A DNA stretch of 64,000 nucleotides, from IMG/VR virus record IMGVR_UViG_3300031227_000001, positions 3,357-67,356 of that record; one strand, 5' to 3'. Numbering within the stretch: the first letter of the stretch is position 1; each line of letters starts with the position of its first letter. The translations under genes were made by a program, and so were the position numbers. This stretch comes from a virus. Below the pieces are notes generated by a model. That model had not been told where the DNA came from and searched no databases. It worked only from the letters and a program-made list of their open reading frames with translations. This document shows positions 21,445-33,059 of this stretch, in pieces.

Positions 21445-22587
21445 AATGTAACGCCAGCGTGACATAGGAGGAGGAGGACGCGATGGCTACAGCACTGCTA
21501 TGGTTTTTGGCAACGCTAGTTATGGGGGCATTGATGGAAGAGGGGGCGTCGCTAGAGGGGGCAGACCCTGTGCTAGTTCTGTGGTGGATGAGTGCGGCAT
21601 TCCTGTTCGCTGGAATGTCGAATATTGCGGATGCGATACGCGAAAAGTAACGCCGGCCTGACACATTAGAGAGGAGGACACGATGGAACTTCATACACAA
21701 GCACACGCCCTGAGACCGTGTAGGCTACTATGCGACAGACTACGCCTCTATACCGCCACGACCTTTCCTAACGGCCCTTGGCGCGGATGCGAGCTAATAT
21801 TGCGTCGCTGTAAAGCCTTTGGCTTGCTAAAAGACGACGGGAGCGGCTTGCTTGTCGATGTTCTGGCCGAGAATGGCGACATTGTACAGGACTTTCCCGT
21901 TACACGAGAGGGATTCGAATATCTGAGACGGCAACTGAGGTTTTGTGTGGAAGCGACATAAGGTGTGACACTATCACCTATACTTGTGGGCATCTATCGG
22001 TGATTCTATCCGAGGAGGACAACGTGGAGCAGGTCAATCGAGGGAGCAGAACGCAAACACGGCGGCCAGTATTGCGGCAACCGCGCAGAGTGAATGACGA
22101 CTCTGGTGGCACGTGGGAATGGAAACAAGATTACTATGACGACTTGACACTCTGGTCGGCTATTCTCGAAACATGTCCGTGGCGTATTGGCGATCCGCTG
22201 CAATTTTTGTGGTTGCCTATTGTCAAGATTCGCGTCGAACGGCTGCAAGATATTACGGTAGCTGACATGGAGGCAGAGGGGATAGACATTGCGTCTCACA
22301 TGCCCTTAGTGCCCTTGCCGTCATTGGATGTGGACAAGCTAGCGCTAGAGATTGGGCGGCGCTTGTGCCAGGAGTTGTGGGATAACATTTATGCAAAGCG
22401 TGGTTATAGTTGGGAGACGAATCCACACGTGTGGGTACTGGAAACGGAGGCAACATGCAAAAGCTGATCTCTATCCTGCTAGGGACTATCATTATCGCGC
22501 GCATCGTGTATGCTGCGTTCTGCATGGCCGTCGAGGCTACGCTGAACGCCGCCCCATGGCTGGCTATCATTACACATTAGGGAGGCA

Positions 22588-22911
22588 TTGAATTTGCCTA
22601 CGATAGTTTGTCTCTGTGGTTCTACACGATTCGGCAAGGCGTTCCAAGAGGCCAATCTGCGCGAAACGCTAGACGGCAAGATTGTGCTCGGTGTGGGATG
22701 TACTACGCATTCTGACCAAGAGCTATTCGGTCACCTATCCGAATCAGAGCAACGGGAACTCAAGATCAAGTTTGACGAATTGCACTTGCGCAAGATAGAC
22801 CTGGCCGATGAGGTGCTAATCCTAAATGTTGACGGATACATAGGCGAATCTACGCAGCGCGAGCTGGAATATGCCAAAGCGCAGGGTAAGATTATTAGAT
22901 TCCTGGAATGA
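22588..22911 (+). CDS. Nucleoside deoxyribosyltransferase-like small protein
   Basis: CLCGSTRF...H..KIDLADEV....GYIGEST..E..YA. Confidence 0.6.
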   Translation: MNLPTIVCLCGSTRFGKAFQEANLRETLDGKIVLGVGCTTHSDQELFGHLSESEQRELKIKFDELHLRKIDLADEVLILNVDGYIGESTQRELEYAKAQGKIIRFLE

Positions 22912-22937
22912 TTTGGGGATACTGGGCAAAATAGGAC

Positions 22938-23077
22938 TTGACAAATTCTCACATATCGGCTATAATAGGGCTGTGAGAAAGCTGATAGTCTGAGGAGGGT
23001 CTTTTATATGTCAAGAGCTCGCAAGGTTCAACGGACTGGCTTTCTCACAAAAGCAGCTCTCCGCCTTGCGAGTTTTT
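22938..23077 (+). promoter_or_regulatory. sigma70 promoter + A-B-A'-B' structured leader
   Basis: TTGACA(22938)-17-TATAAT; A 22972-82/A' 23039-49; B 23015-26/B' 23064-75 then T-run. Confidence 0.75.
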
Positions 23078-23093
23078 GTGTATAGGAGCACAG

Positions 23094-24467
23094 ATGGAAT
23101 ACCAATCGTTCCTTGAACAAAAAACCGACTATGGCGCGAGTCACGGATTCGCCCCGCTATTCATGCCGGACTTCCTTTTCGACTTTCAGGCAGCGATAGT
23201 TGATTGGGCTATTCGTCTAGGCCGCGCCGCCATCTTTGCCGACTGCGGTATGGGTAAAACGCCAATGCAGCTAGTATGGGCAGAGAATATCATGCGCAAG
23301 ACCAATAAGCCCGTGCTCATTCTGACGCCGCTTGCGGTGAGCGGCCAGACACTAGAGGAGGCGCAGAAATTCGACATCGAGGCACAACGGGCAACAATTG
23401 GACTGAACCCCAAGACGATTCAAGTTGCAAACTATGAGAAGCTACATCATTTCGAGGCGACTGATTATGCGGGCGTCGTCTGTGACGAATCCAGCATTCT
23501 CAAAAACTTTCAAGGTAGGCGCAAGGCGGCCATTACAGAGTTTATGCGGCGCATACCATATCGTCTATTATGCACAGCCACCGCCGCTCCCAATGATTGG
23601 GTAGAATTAGGCACAAGCTCTGAGGCGCTAGGCTATCTGGGGCATATGGATATGCTGACCAAGTTCTTTACGAACAAAAACAACTCGGCGGCTGTTATGC
23701 GCGGCAGATTCGCTCAGGACGGATGGCGGCTAAAGGGACACGCCGCAGAACCGTTTTGGCGGTGGGTATCCTCGTGGGCGAGGGCGGCGCGCAGTCCCTC
23801 TGACCTGGGCTTTGACGATGACGGATTCATTTTACCAGCACTCAATGAAAAGCATACATTGGTCAAAGCATCAAAGCCAACGCCAGGGATGCTCTTTGAT
23901 CTCGCGGCGGTTACATTCCGAGAGGAACGAGAAGCCACGCGCCGAACAATAGACGACCGCTGCGAGACGGCAGCCGCAATGGTAGCGCAACACTACATCT
24001 CTATGGTCTGGTGTCACCTAAACGACGAATCAAAAACATTGCATCGAATGATACCTAATTCTGTAGAGGTAACAGGATCGGACTCAGACGAACAGAAAGA
24101 GGAGGCTGCGCGGTGGTTTGTTCACGGAACAGAGCAAAAGCGCGTTCTTATTAGTAAGCCCCGCATCTTTGGATTTGGCCTCAATTTCCAACACGCCGCG
24201 CATATGACTTACTTTCCCACGCACAGCTATGAGCAATACTACCAAGCCACGCGACGGCTCTGGCGATTCGGGCAAGAGAGACCCGTAATGGTAGATCTCA
24301 TTTATACCGATGGGGGCAAGCGCATGATGCAAAATCTGGCACGAAAAGCCGAGGGCGCCGATCAGATGTTTAGTGATCTTGTAAAGTACATGGATCAATC
24401 AATGACCGTCAAAACCGAGTACAATCAAGTAGACGTGGAGGTCCCGAAATGGATGCAAGCCAGCTAA
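23094..24467 (+). CDS. SF2 (SNF2-like) helicase
   Basis: ADCGMGKT, CDESS, TATA, GLNFQ, QATRRLWRFGQ. Confidence 0.85.
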   Translation: MEYQSFLEQKTDYGASHGFAPLFMPDFLFDFQAAIVDWAIRLGRAAIFADCGMGKTPMQLVWAENIMRKTNKPVLILTPLAVSGQTLEEAQKFDIEAQRATIGLNPKTIQVANYEKLHHFEATDYAGVVCDESSILKNFQGRRKAAITEFMRRIPYRLLCTATAAPNDWVELGTSSEALGYLGHMDMLTKFFTNKNNSAAVMRGRFAQDGWRLKGHAAEPFWRWVSSWARAARSPSDLGFDDDGFILPALNEKHTLVKASKPTPGMLFDLAAVTFREEREATRRTIDDRCETAAAMVAQHYISMVWCHLNDESKTLHRMIPNSVEVTGSDSDEQKEEAARWFVHGTEQKRVLISKPRIFGFGLNFQHAAHMTYFPTHSYEQYYQATRRLWRFGQERPVMVDLIYTDGGKRMMQNLARKAEGADQMFSDLVKYMDQSMTVKTEYNQVDVEVPKWMQAS

Positions 24468-25411
24468 TCACCGACCGCTATGCGCTGTACATGGACGACT
24501 GCTGCGAGGTTATGCCTAAATTGCCGGATGGCTCGGTTCATTTCTCGGTCTACTCGCCTCCATTTGCGGGGCTATATCATTACAGTTCCAGTCCGCGAGA
24601 CTTGAGCAACAGCCGCGACTATGACGAATTCATGGAACATTACAGGTTTGTGGTAGACGAAATCTACAGACTGACCATGCCGGGACGCTCGACGGCGGTA
24701 CACTGCATGGACATTCCCAACGGGAACACGGGCGGCAAGGATGATCATTTGTACGACTTTCCCGGCGACATCATCCGCCTGCACGCAGATATAGGATTCA
24801 AGTACGTGGCGCGGTATCACGTTTGGAAAGAACCGCTAGCAGTGCGCAATCGGACTATGGCAAAGAAACTAGCACATTGGACGATAGTACATGATTCGTC
24901 ATTATGTGCTGCGGCGGGTGCCGATTATCTGCTAGTATTCAGGCGCAATGGAGATAATCCAGAACCGATAACACACGAGCATGGATTAATCGAATACGCA
25001 GGCGCGCGCGATATACCACCCGAATTGCTAAAGCACAAAGGGTTTGAGGGCAATCAGATCAAGAACCGCTATAGTCAGTGGATATGGCGACAATATGCCT
25101 CTGCATTCTGGGACGATATTCGGCTTAGCAATGTATTGCCCTACAAGCCTGGGCGCGATAAGGACGACGAGAGACACGTCCATCCATTGCAGCTTGACGT
25201 AATTGATAGAGCGCTGGCACTTTGGTCGAATCCTGGCGATACTGTCCTGACGCCATTTATGGGGGTTGGCTCCGAGGTGTATGCTGCGGTCAGGGCTGGC
25301 AGGCGGGCGATAGGCATAGAGCTAAAGCAGACCTATTTCAATCAGGCCGTCAAGAACCTGGCTGCCGTTGACGCAGAGAAGGCGACCGAGCCAAAACTAG
25401 CAGGGTTCTGA
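24449..25411 (+). CDS. DNA N4-C/N6-A methyltransferase (beta class)
   Basis: SPPF catalytic motif before PFMGVGS SAM-binding motif. Confidence 0.88.
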   Translation: MDASQLITDRYALYMDDCCEVMPKLPDGSVHFSVYSPPFAGLYHYSSSPRDLSNSRDYDEFMEHYRFVVDEIYRLTMPGRSTAVHCMDIPNGNTGGKDDHLYDFPGDIIRLHADIGFKYVARYHVWKEPLAVRNRTMAKKLAHWTIVHDSSLCAAAGADYLLVFRRNGDNPEPITHEHGLIEYAGARDIPPELLKHKGFEGNQIKNRYSQWIWRQYASAFWDDIRLSNVLPYKPGRDKDDERHVHPLQLDVIDRALALWSNPGDTVLTPFMGVGSEVYAAVRAGRRAIGIELKQTYFNQAVKNLAAVDAEKATEPKLAGF

Positions 25412-25468
25412 GCAATCCCCGTTGACATTGCAGAGAGTGATCGACGACTTTACGGAATAGGGGGCAAA

Positions 25469-26164
25469 GTGACAACATTAGGCCCGTATCTGCTAGGCCC
25501 AAACGACACGCCAGAGAATGGCATTTATACCGGCGACGCACGGGAGCTTGCTAAAGCGATACCTGACGAAAGTATTGATCTTATCTTTACCGATCCCGTG
25601 TATCAGAACACAGACGACTATCGCTGGCTGGCAGAGACGGGGGCGCGGGTGCTGAATCTAACTGGTGCACTCTTGGCATGGTCCGCAACCCCTTGCTTGC
25701 CAGAGATATTAATAGCAATGATACCGCCGATGCAGTGGGCTTGGATGTTGTACTGGCAAAAGTATGGCCCCTGTTACCCCGGTAAGCCAGGAATATGCAT
25801 TATTGCACAATGTCTTTGGCTTGACAAGGGCCAAAGCAAAACGCGCCGCAAGATAGCAGATTGGCAGGGGGCGGCTTTCGACTTGAGTAATAGGCACAGC
25901 AAGCACAAGTGGAGTAAGCCAGAGACGGTGCTAGCAAAATGGGCAGACGCCTTTACTTTGCCAGACGCTATCATTTTTGATCCTTTCACCGGCGGCGGCA
26001 CAGTCCCCGCTGTATGCAAGATGCTAGGCCGCCAGTATCTAGCATTCGAGATAGACGCTGACACCGCAGAGCTGGCCCGTGAGCGAGTGCGCAATACACA
26101 GCCGCCGCTACCCGGGCTAGTCATAGAGCAAGCCGAGCTAGACCTAACCGACAAGGAATGCTGA
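25469..26164 (+). CDS. DNA amino-methyltransferase
   Basis: TDPVY and DPFTGGGT motifs. Confidence 0.8.
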   Translation: MTTLGPYLLGPNDTPENGIYTGDARELAKAIPDESIDLIFTDPVYQNTDDYRWLAETGARVLNLTGALLAWSATPCLPEILIAMIPPMQWAWMLYWQKYGPCYPGKPGICIIAQCLWLDKGQSKTRRKIADWQGAAFDLSNRHSKHKWSKPETVLAKWADAFTLPDAIIFDPFTGGGTVPAVCKMLGRQYLAFEIDADTAELARERVRNTQPPLPGLVIEQAELDLTDKEC

Positions 26165-26174
26165 TACGTTGGAC

Positions 26175-26322
26175 TTGACAACGTTTAGCATATGTGGTAA
26201 ACTAGAAGGCGTGGAGAGGCCATGGCACATAGGAAGGTATTTTTATTATGAGGCATCAAAGCCACGAGGTCAAGTGTTCGGCTTCTCCACAGTCGCCAAC
26301 CCTTCCGCCTTGTGGCTTTTTG
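26175..26322 (+). promoter_or_regulatory. sigma70 promoter + A-B-A'-B' structured leader
   Basis: TTGACA(26175)-17-TAAACT; A 26211-21/A' 26280-90; B 26258-69/B' 26308-19 then T-run. Confidence 0.7.
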
Positions 26323-26340
26323 CATTATAAGGGTATAGAA

Positions 26341-26949
26341 ATGCCATACAAAGACCCAGAACAGCAACGGGCCTATCAGAAAGCCTATCGAAAGAGCCAC
26401 AAAGAAGAGGCGGCGGCCTATCGAGAGAGCCACAAAGAAAAAGCCGCCGCATATGCTATTGCCTATCATGTGGCATATCCAGGGAAATTTAACGCTTACA
26501 TGCGAGCACAGCGCGCGGCGCGCAGCGACGAATTTAGGGCGCGTGATAGAGCATACTATAGGGCCCACCGCGACAAGAAGTTAGCACGGGCCCACATATA
26601 TAATGAAACCCATCGAGAGAGAGGCAGAGCTACCACTAGGGCATGGCAAAAGGCTAACCCGGAAAAGATAGCCGCCCATAATCTCCATCGCCGAGCGCGC
26701 CTCGCGGGGGCTGATGGGCATGGCTATACCGCCGCCGAGCATATTAAGGCGCGATGGGCTATGTGGGGGAATCGCTGCTATATATGTGGCGCACCCGCCG
26801 AGGCAACAGATCACGTTATCCCGTTGGCGAGGGGTGGTTCTCATTGGCCTGCTAATCTGAGGCCAATCTGTAAGAGTTGTAATAGTAGGAAGGGCGCGCG
26901 ACTTCTCCACAAGAAGCGACCTCTTACCCTCGCGCGTTCTGCATTATAG
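26341..26949 (+). CDS. HNH endonuclease
   Basis: CYICG..TDHVIPLARGG..NLRPICKSCNSRK. Confidence 0.9.
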   Translation: MPYKDPEQQRAYQKAYRKSHKEEAAAYRESHKEKAAAYAIAYHVAYPGKFNAYMRAQRAARSDEFRARDRAYYRAHRDKKLARAHIYNETHRERGRATTRAWQKANPEKIAAHNLHRRARLAGADGHGYTAAEHIKARWAMWGNRCYICGAPAEATDHVIPLARGGSHWPANLRPICKSCNSRKGARLLHKKRPLTLARSAL

Positions 26950-26958
26950 GAGGCAACC

Positions 26959-27093
26959 ATGCGAGAAATAGAGCTAACGCAGGGCAAGGTGGCGCTGGTA
27001 GATGCCGACATGTATGAGGAATTGAACCAGCACAAATGGTGCGCCTGCAATATGGGGGGGCAACATGATTCGTGTAATCATTCGAGACGTTGA
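26959..27093 (+). pseudogene. Truncated remnant of an HNH/AP2-type gene
   Basis: MREIELTQGKVALVD..YEEL..HKW is the typical N-terminus of HNH-AP2 proteins but the ORF ends after 44 aa; strong SD. Confidence 0.55.
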
Positions 27094-27278
27094 CGATCGC
27101 AATGGCGAACTACTGGGCGAGTTTGCAGCTGAAGACTTAGCGACGCTAGTCAAGGTAGTAAGCGCTTCCCCCGTCTATAATGGCTTTAATGGCAAAACTT
27201 GCCAGTTCTGCCTAGCTCATTTTGTGCTTGACGACGACGGGGCGTATTTCGAGATCATCGTAGAGAAGGACTAGCAAT

Positions 27279-28085
27279 ATGCCCAGATGGCGTAAGCTGC
27301 ATGTAAAGACGACCGAGAGCGACGACATAAATGACATGCCCGATGATTTCGCGCGGCTCTTGTGGCTTATGCTACCCCTGGCGCTCGACGGCGAAGGGCG
27401 CGGCAAGGACAATTCTGCATGGGTAAAATCAAAGCTCATGCCCATGCGCCTTGACGTAACATGTGAGATGATCGAGACTGCTATGCTTTGGTATAGTGAC
27501 CGTGGCATGATAGAGAGATACGTCGTTGATGATCGTAGCTACTTCTGGCTCCCGACATTTACCAAGTACCAGGGGACTGCAAAATCACGACGCGAGGCCG
27601 AGAGCAACTACCCCGCACCGCCTGACCAGATCATACAAAGCTCATGCGAGACTCATACGGAACCCGTGATCGAGTCTGGCACAGATGAAGATAAAGATGT
27701 AGATAAAGATAAAGATGTAGATAAAGATATATGCGCTAAAGCGCAACCCCCTCCGCCTAAAAAGAAACCTAAAGCTAAAACATCCGATCCGCGCAGCAAA
27801 TCCGCGCCAATTCTAGCCGTTAAGGAATTGCTGGGAGGGCGTCGCTATCCCCCACGCGAGATGTATGATACGATCATAGCTACGCTAGGCGAGCATCCCG
27901 ACTTGCAACATCTCAAGGCGTGCCGGGCCGAATGGGTCTCGCGGGGCTATAATCCTAACTCTTGGAAATGGCTGACCGAGTGGTATAAGGGCGGGCATAT
28001 CCCATCGCAATCCAAGGGGCAGTCCACTTTGGATAAGACGCAGGCGGTTATTGAAGCATATCAAGCGGGGGGGAGCAGTGGCTAA
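27279..28085 (+). CDS. Phage replication initiator (replisome organizer-like)
   Basis: MPRWRKLH N-terminus, KYQ motif, DKDVDKDKD linker; followed by a loader-like gene. Confidence 0.7.
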   Translation: MPRWRKLHVKTTESDDINDMPDDFARLLWLMLPLALDGEGRGKDNSAWVKSKLMPMRLDVTCEMIETAMLWYSDRGMIERYVVDDRSYFWLPTFTKYQGTAKSRREAESNYPAPPDQIIQSSCETHTEPVIESGTDEDKDVDKDKDVDKDICAKAQPPPPKKKPKAKTSDPRSKSAPILAVKELLGGRRYPPREMYDTIIATLGEHPDLQHLKACRAEWVSRGYNPNSWKWLTEWYKGGHIPSQSKGQSTLDKTQAVIEAYQAGGSSG

Positions 28086-28590
28086 TAAGGACACTCTATC
28101 ACAAATGTTTATTCTGCTACGGGCCAACTGGCCGCGCTATGACTTTAGCGATCACACGATGATGGTGTATGAGAAATGTCTGGCAGACATATCGGACGAT
28201 GTTTTGGCGGCGGCAACTGTGGACTGTATAGGCAGGTGTACATTCTGGCCAAAGGTCGCCGAGATCCGCAGCGCTTGTTATCGGATTATGAATAACGCGA
28301 TAGATCAGCCAACGGCGCACGAAGCCTGGGCCGAAGTGGTGCGCTTGATGGGTATACATAATGCACAGTTGCGGCCACCGACAGAGCGAGCGATAAAGTG
28401 CCTGGGGGGTATGTCGGCAATAGGCCGTAGCCAGGAATCGGAATTAGGCAACTGGCGAGCGCGATTTATCAAAACATATGAGGTGCTAGAATCACGAGAC
28501 AAGGCGCGGGCGATGACGTTGCCTGCCGTGCGGTTGCTTACAAAGCGGATCGAATCAGTTAGGCTATTAGAGGATGATGATAAAACCTAG
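28078..28590 (+). CDS. Helicase loader/inhibitor (G39P-like)
   Basis: L.DI....L.AA....I....FWPKVAEIR; position after initiator. Confidence 0.6.
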   Translation: MANKDTLSQMFILLRANWPRYDFSDHTMMVYEKCLADISDDVLAAATVDCIGRCTFWPKVAEIRSACYRIMNNAIDQPTAHEAWAEVVRLMGIHNAQLRPPTERAIKCLGGMSAIGRSQESELGNWRARFIKTYEVLESRDKARAMTLPAVRLLTKRIESVRLLEDDDKT

Positions 28591-28599
28591 GGGGGCAAC

Positions 28600-28971
28600 A
28601 TGAACATCTCGTTCGCTTGGACGCTAGAGCCGCTATTGGCGGGCAAAAAGATTTGCACACGCAGGGCGTGGGCCGAGAGGTACTATCAGCGATGGCGCAA
28701 GGCGTGGCAGGAGGGTCGCCGAATACATACCGCCACGAACAAGAGCGCTCGCGCGGGTGGCAAGCGCATCGGCACAATAGAGTTGACGTGTGAACCATAC
28801 CGCGAGATGCTTGTGGACATGCCAGAGAGCGACTTGGATGCGGAGGGCGGGCTTTGGGCAAGCAAAGAGGAATTTGCAGAGCTCTTTGAGGGGCGAACGG
28901 ATCGGCCAGTGGTAGTGCGATTCCAGTTTACGCCGTATGCGGGGTTATTAGAGGAGGGCAACGATGGATAG
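28600..28971 (+). CDS. ASCH/PUA-like domain protein
   Basis: LLAGKKICTRR...D..AEGG...VVRF. Confidence 0.6.
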   Translation: MNISFAWTLEPLLAGKKICTRRAWAERYYQRWRKAWQEGRRIHTATNKSARAGGKRIGTIELTCEPYREMLVDMPESDLDAEGGLWASKEEFAELFEGRTDRPVVVRFQFTPYAGLLEEGNDG

Positions 28972-30684
28972 CTATAGTCGGGGATGGGTAGACGCGATTA
29001 GCGCCATAACCGATCTCGTGCTGGCCGAAGGGCTGGGTATTGTAGATGCACAAACGCGGTGTATGGACTGGCATTATGAGAAGCTATTGCCGCGAACAGT
29101 GATTCCCGTTATGCCGCGCGAGACGTTGCGGACAGTGATACCATTTGATGAAGAGCCAGAAGGGGGGCATGATGGACGCTGAAGAATGGATCGATGATAC
29201 CCCGTGGTGGGAGTATTGGAGGAAATCCTGGCAGCCGACAAAATGGCTTGGCTGTAGTATCGAACTGTGCCTATGGTTCTGGGCTTTGGGTATAAAAACA
29301 CATTATGACCAAGGGCAAGTAGGTTTTGGGGTGTACCTGGGGCCAGTAGAGCTGTCTCTGTGGATAGGCAAATGACTATCCGGGAAGCCGTTGCCATTGT
29401 AGTGGCTGTAGCAGAGAGACTGTGTTACTTGAGAAAACACGCGGGGCAAACGCCCCTAGAGAGGGAGCAAGAATGAAGATTAAAATAACTAAGGGCTGGG
29501 GTTGGTATGCCTATCGAGTGGACAAAGAGTTTGAGGTAAAGCTAGTGGATTCGCGGTATGTTGTGGAAAAAAGCTCTTTCCCAAAAGAGTTTGACAAGGA
29601 GGCGCAAGGGCTGTATGTTCGGCAAAGCGACTGCGAGATTGTAACGCCGGCGTGACATGGTAGAGCTTTTGTATAGGAGGGAATGATGGACATAATAGCA
29701 CTGAAGGAGTATGTCGTTGAGACAGAAGCCACAGTGATTAGGCAATACATAGTGCGCGGCACATCTGCCAGGGAAGTGCATGACAACTGGTTGGATAGCG
29801 CAAATCACAAGCTAGTGCTGGAGGATTCTGACGAAGAGACAGTAGTATGGGTGAGGAAAATCAAGTCATGATGGACATACCAGAGAAGATATACTTGAAT
29901 ATCTGGGAGAGCGGGCAGCTAGAATACACGCCTCATTCCTATAAGCGTATTAGCGATAGCGATATTGTCTACCGCCGAGAGCCAGCGTGGGTATCGGTAG
30001 ATGACGGGCTGCCTGAGGATGGAGCTTGGGTGTGGATAGCAAGAGCGGGTAAAAGATGGTGTGCGAGAGAGGCGATCTATGTTGAGGGCAAGTGGATAGC
30101 GGATACTATGGTGGATCCATGGGAGTATGAAGACGTGACCCACTTTATGTTGCGTCAAGAGCGGCCGGAAATACCAGAGGTGAGCGATGAGCAGGATTGA
30201 TGAGATACGGGAGCGGGGGTCATCCCACGTCTATTGTAAGCAAGGGCCATGATCCCACTCGCTGGGTACCGATCATCGTACCGAGGAGGAAGGGAACGTG
30301 AACCAAATATTGCGCCTGAAAGCTCACAAAAAAGCGCGCGCAGAAGCTCTCCAAATATCGCGACGTGCCGAACAAGCGCGCGGGGAAGCCGCCGAACGCG
30401 AAGCAAAATGTGGAGTACAATACGGCGAGGAGCCAGAATGGATCGCAGTCAAGGACAAGCCGCCGTCGGATGTTTACGACACATTAGAGGCTGATATTCC
30501 TTACCCGGAGTATTGGATATACGTACCTAGCGCTGGAAGAGAAGGCCATCGCGTTCACGGGCCTTATGTGGTAAGGAATGGGGACTGGCAATTCGATTCG
30601 GGTGACGGTGTTCCGGTCAGCGATAACTATGTGACACATTATAAGCCCTACTATACGCCGGATCCGCCAGAGGAGGAGGCATGA

Positions 30685-31014
30685 ATGGCCGCACAGTCTG
30701 AGCTAGAGGCCGCCTTCGAGCAACAACTGCGCGCCGAGGGCATAGCGTATGAGCGAGAGGTGTGTTTCCATCCGACGCGCAAATGGCGATTCGATTTTAT
30801 ATTTCCAGAGAGTCGCAAATTAGCCGTCGAGGTAGATGGCGGAACGTTCAGCGGCGGCAGACATACTAGGGGCGTCGGATACCAGGGCGATTGTGACAAA
30901 TTCAATCAGGCGACCCTATTGGGTTGGGCCGTGATTCATGTAACGAGCAAGATGCTGGACGATTTGACAGGATTGGCGTTGGTAAAAGAGATGCTAAAGA
31001 GGGAGGCAGAATGA
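30685..31014 (+). CDS. Vsr/DUF559-like endonuclease
   Basis: FHPTRKWRFDF..LAVEVDGG..GRH..D..K.N.A..LGW. Confidence 0.8.
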   Translation: MAAQSELEAAFEQQLRAEGIAYEREVCFHPTRKWRFDFIFPESRKLAVEVDGGTFSGGRHTRGVGYQGDCDKFNQATLLGWAVIHVTSKMLDDLTGLALVKEMLKREAE

Positions 31015-32479
31015 CGGGTACAGGTGGAACGTTCAGCGGCGGAACGGGCGGAGACGTGAGCGAGACATATAGCGCGAGCACGTTACATGAACTGCGGATG
31101 CGGATGCAGGCTACGGAGATAAAGCTCGCTGATATGAATGTTGCCGTTTGTTGGCGTCTGCACCAGCTAGAGCGGGCAATGTGGCCGCCGCTGGATGACG
31201 TCAACATTGGCGATAACGTCACGAGCACATATTCCGAACAAGCCAACGAGGAGACCAAAGACGCTATCAGACAAGCGGATGCAGAGCCGCGCGTGGACGA
31301 GCAGTACGCGGAGGAGCTAGAGGCAGAACTGGCGCGGGCAAAAGAACACGGCATACAAATGGACACAGAGCGCGTTGCTTGGAAGCGGTGGCTTGAAGAT
31401 GCCGAGGCAAAGATAGCTGATCTCAAGGCGAAATTGGCAGACGTGCGCAAAGAGAACGTCGCGGGCACGGCGGATATGGTATATCCAGAGTGCAGCAAGC
31501 CAGATTCAACCTCTGCCCTGCTGGCATGTATCAAAAAGATAAAAGGGCAAGAGCAGCGAGTGGAGGAGCTTGAAGCAGAGCTAACCGACACGAACGAGGC
31601 GCTGGAGCACGTAGGGGAGAGCCGCGACTATTTGTGGGGGCAAGTACATGGGTTTAGGCTGGCACTGGCAGAGGCCAAGCAAGAGCGCGATGACTGGAAA
31701 AAGGCGCAGCGTCGTGCTGCCAAGTGGATACATGATGACAAGCGAGACTGGGCCATAGCGGATGCTGCTAGGATGGTGGAGGCGGCATGGTGGGATGATC
31801 GTGCTGGATGGGAAGAGGAACGAGTAGAGAAATGTTTTGTCGCCATTGCCAAGGCGCTGGGAACAGGGGACACGCCGTCAGTGCCAGAGTGCATAACTGG
31901 GGAGATGCCAGTGCTAGAAGATCGAGAGGAGACGCGATAATGGAGACAATTTTGCTTGAAGTATGGCAGTGGATCAAGGGCTTTGCGATTCTGTATGTTA
32001 TCGTAGGGGGGATCATCTTTGCGCTTGCCGTGACATTTATTCTAAAGACATGGCACTCAATGTCTAAGTGTGGGTGGTGATGAGCATAGATAACAGAGAC
32101 GAATTACTTGACACACTAATTGACGTGCTCTGGCAGGCGTGTGAGCACAGAGAGTCAGACGATGAACAGATCGGCCACCGCTTTTTGAGCTCATATGAAA
32201 GAGGCTTTGACGCGCTAGAAGAGGCCGGTCGGTTAAAATATACGCAACCCGTAAAGCGCTATTGGGCGCGGGTTACATGGTCAGAGAAGGCAGGGGCATA
32301 ATGAGCGTAACAGCAGAGCGAAAAGCGGCTGACGAGGCTATTGTAGAAGCGGTACGAAGCATGTCTCTAGCAAGCTGGCGGGGCTTGGCCGATGAGGGCT
32401 GCGCGGATTGGGGCGTGCCAGTCTGCATTGATACTATCGTTGATATTCTTGAAGCAGAGCAAGAACAGGAAAAGGCGCA

Positions 32480-33055
32480 ATGAGCGACCTTATTATAGAC
32501 GAACGACACGACGTCATTCCTGCGCTATCTGTAGGCAACTTTCAAGCGACGCCGACCGGACTAGTCATTGCGGGCGATCCATCGTATGACACTTGGCAAG
32601 AATACGGCAAGGGCTTGCAGGTTGTGGGGCAAAGCCTGGACTGGATCATTGGCGATTGGCTTGCCCACGGGGAGCAGCGATTCGCGGACAGATACACGCA
32701 AGCTATAGAGCTAACAGGATTGGGGCATAGGCGGCTGATCAATCTGTGCTATATCAGCAAGGCCGTGCCAATGTCACGCCGGCGTTACCAGCTAGAACAT
32801 TCCAAATATGCGGCGGTTGCATCCTTGCCAGAGAAGGAACAGACGGCCTGGCTAGAATCTGCCGAGAAAGAAGACTGGACACGCGCCGAATTGAGACAGC
32901 GGATACGGGATACGGGGACGCCAGAGGTGAACGATGCAGAGGACAGAGAGATTTGCCTGAATATCATCATGGGGGCGCAATGGCGCACGTTTCGGACACA
33001 ATCGCTGCGCGCCATTGGGAGGATCGTTTTGGCCGAACAGAATAGCGGTGGCTAG
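32480..33055 (+). CDS. LmbU-family-like transcriptional regulator
   Basis: WIIGDWLAHGE..Y..AIELTG..SRRR..L.....VASLP..EQ..WL..A....W...LR matches the LmbU pattern as I recall it. Confidence 0.65.
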   Translation: MSDLIIDERHDVIPALSVGNFQATPTGLVIAGDPSYDTWQEYGKGLQVVGQSLDWIIGDWLAHGEQRFADRYTQAIELTGLGHRRLINLCYISKAVPMSRRRYQLEHSKYAAVASLPEKEQTAWLESAEKEDWTRAELRQRIRDTGTPEVNDAEDREICLNIIMGAQWRTFRTQSLRAIGRIVLAEQNSGG

Positions 33056-33059
33056 AGAC

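Noticed and set aside
25422-25450. Promoter at TTGACATTGCAGAGA (similar to 20396)
   Set aside because: No credible -10 hexamer at 17 bp
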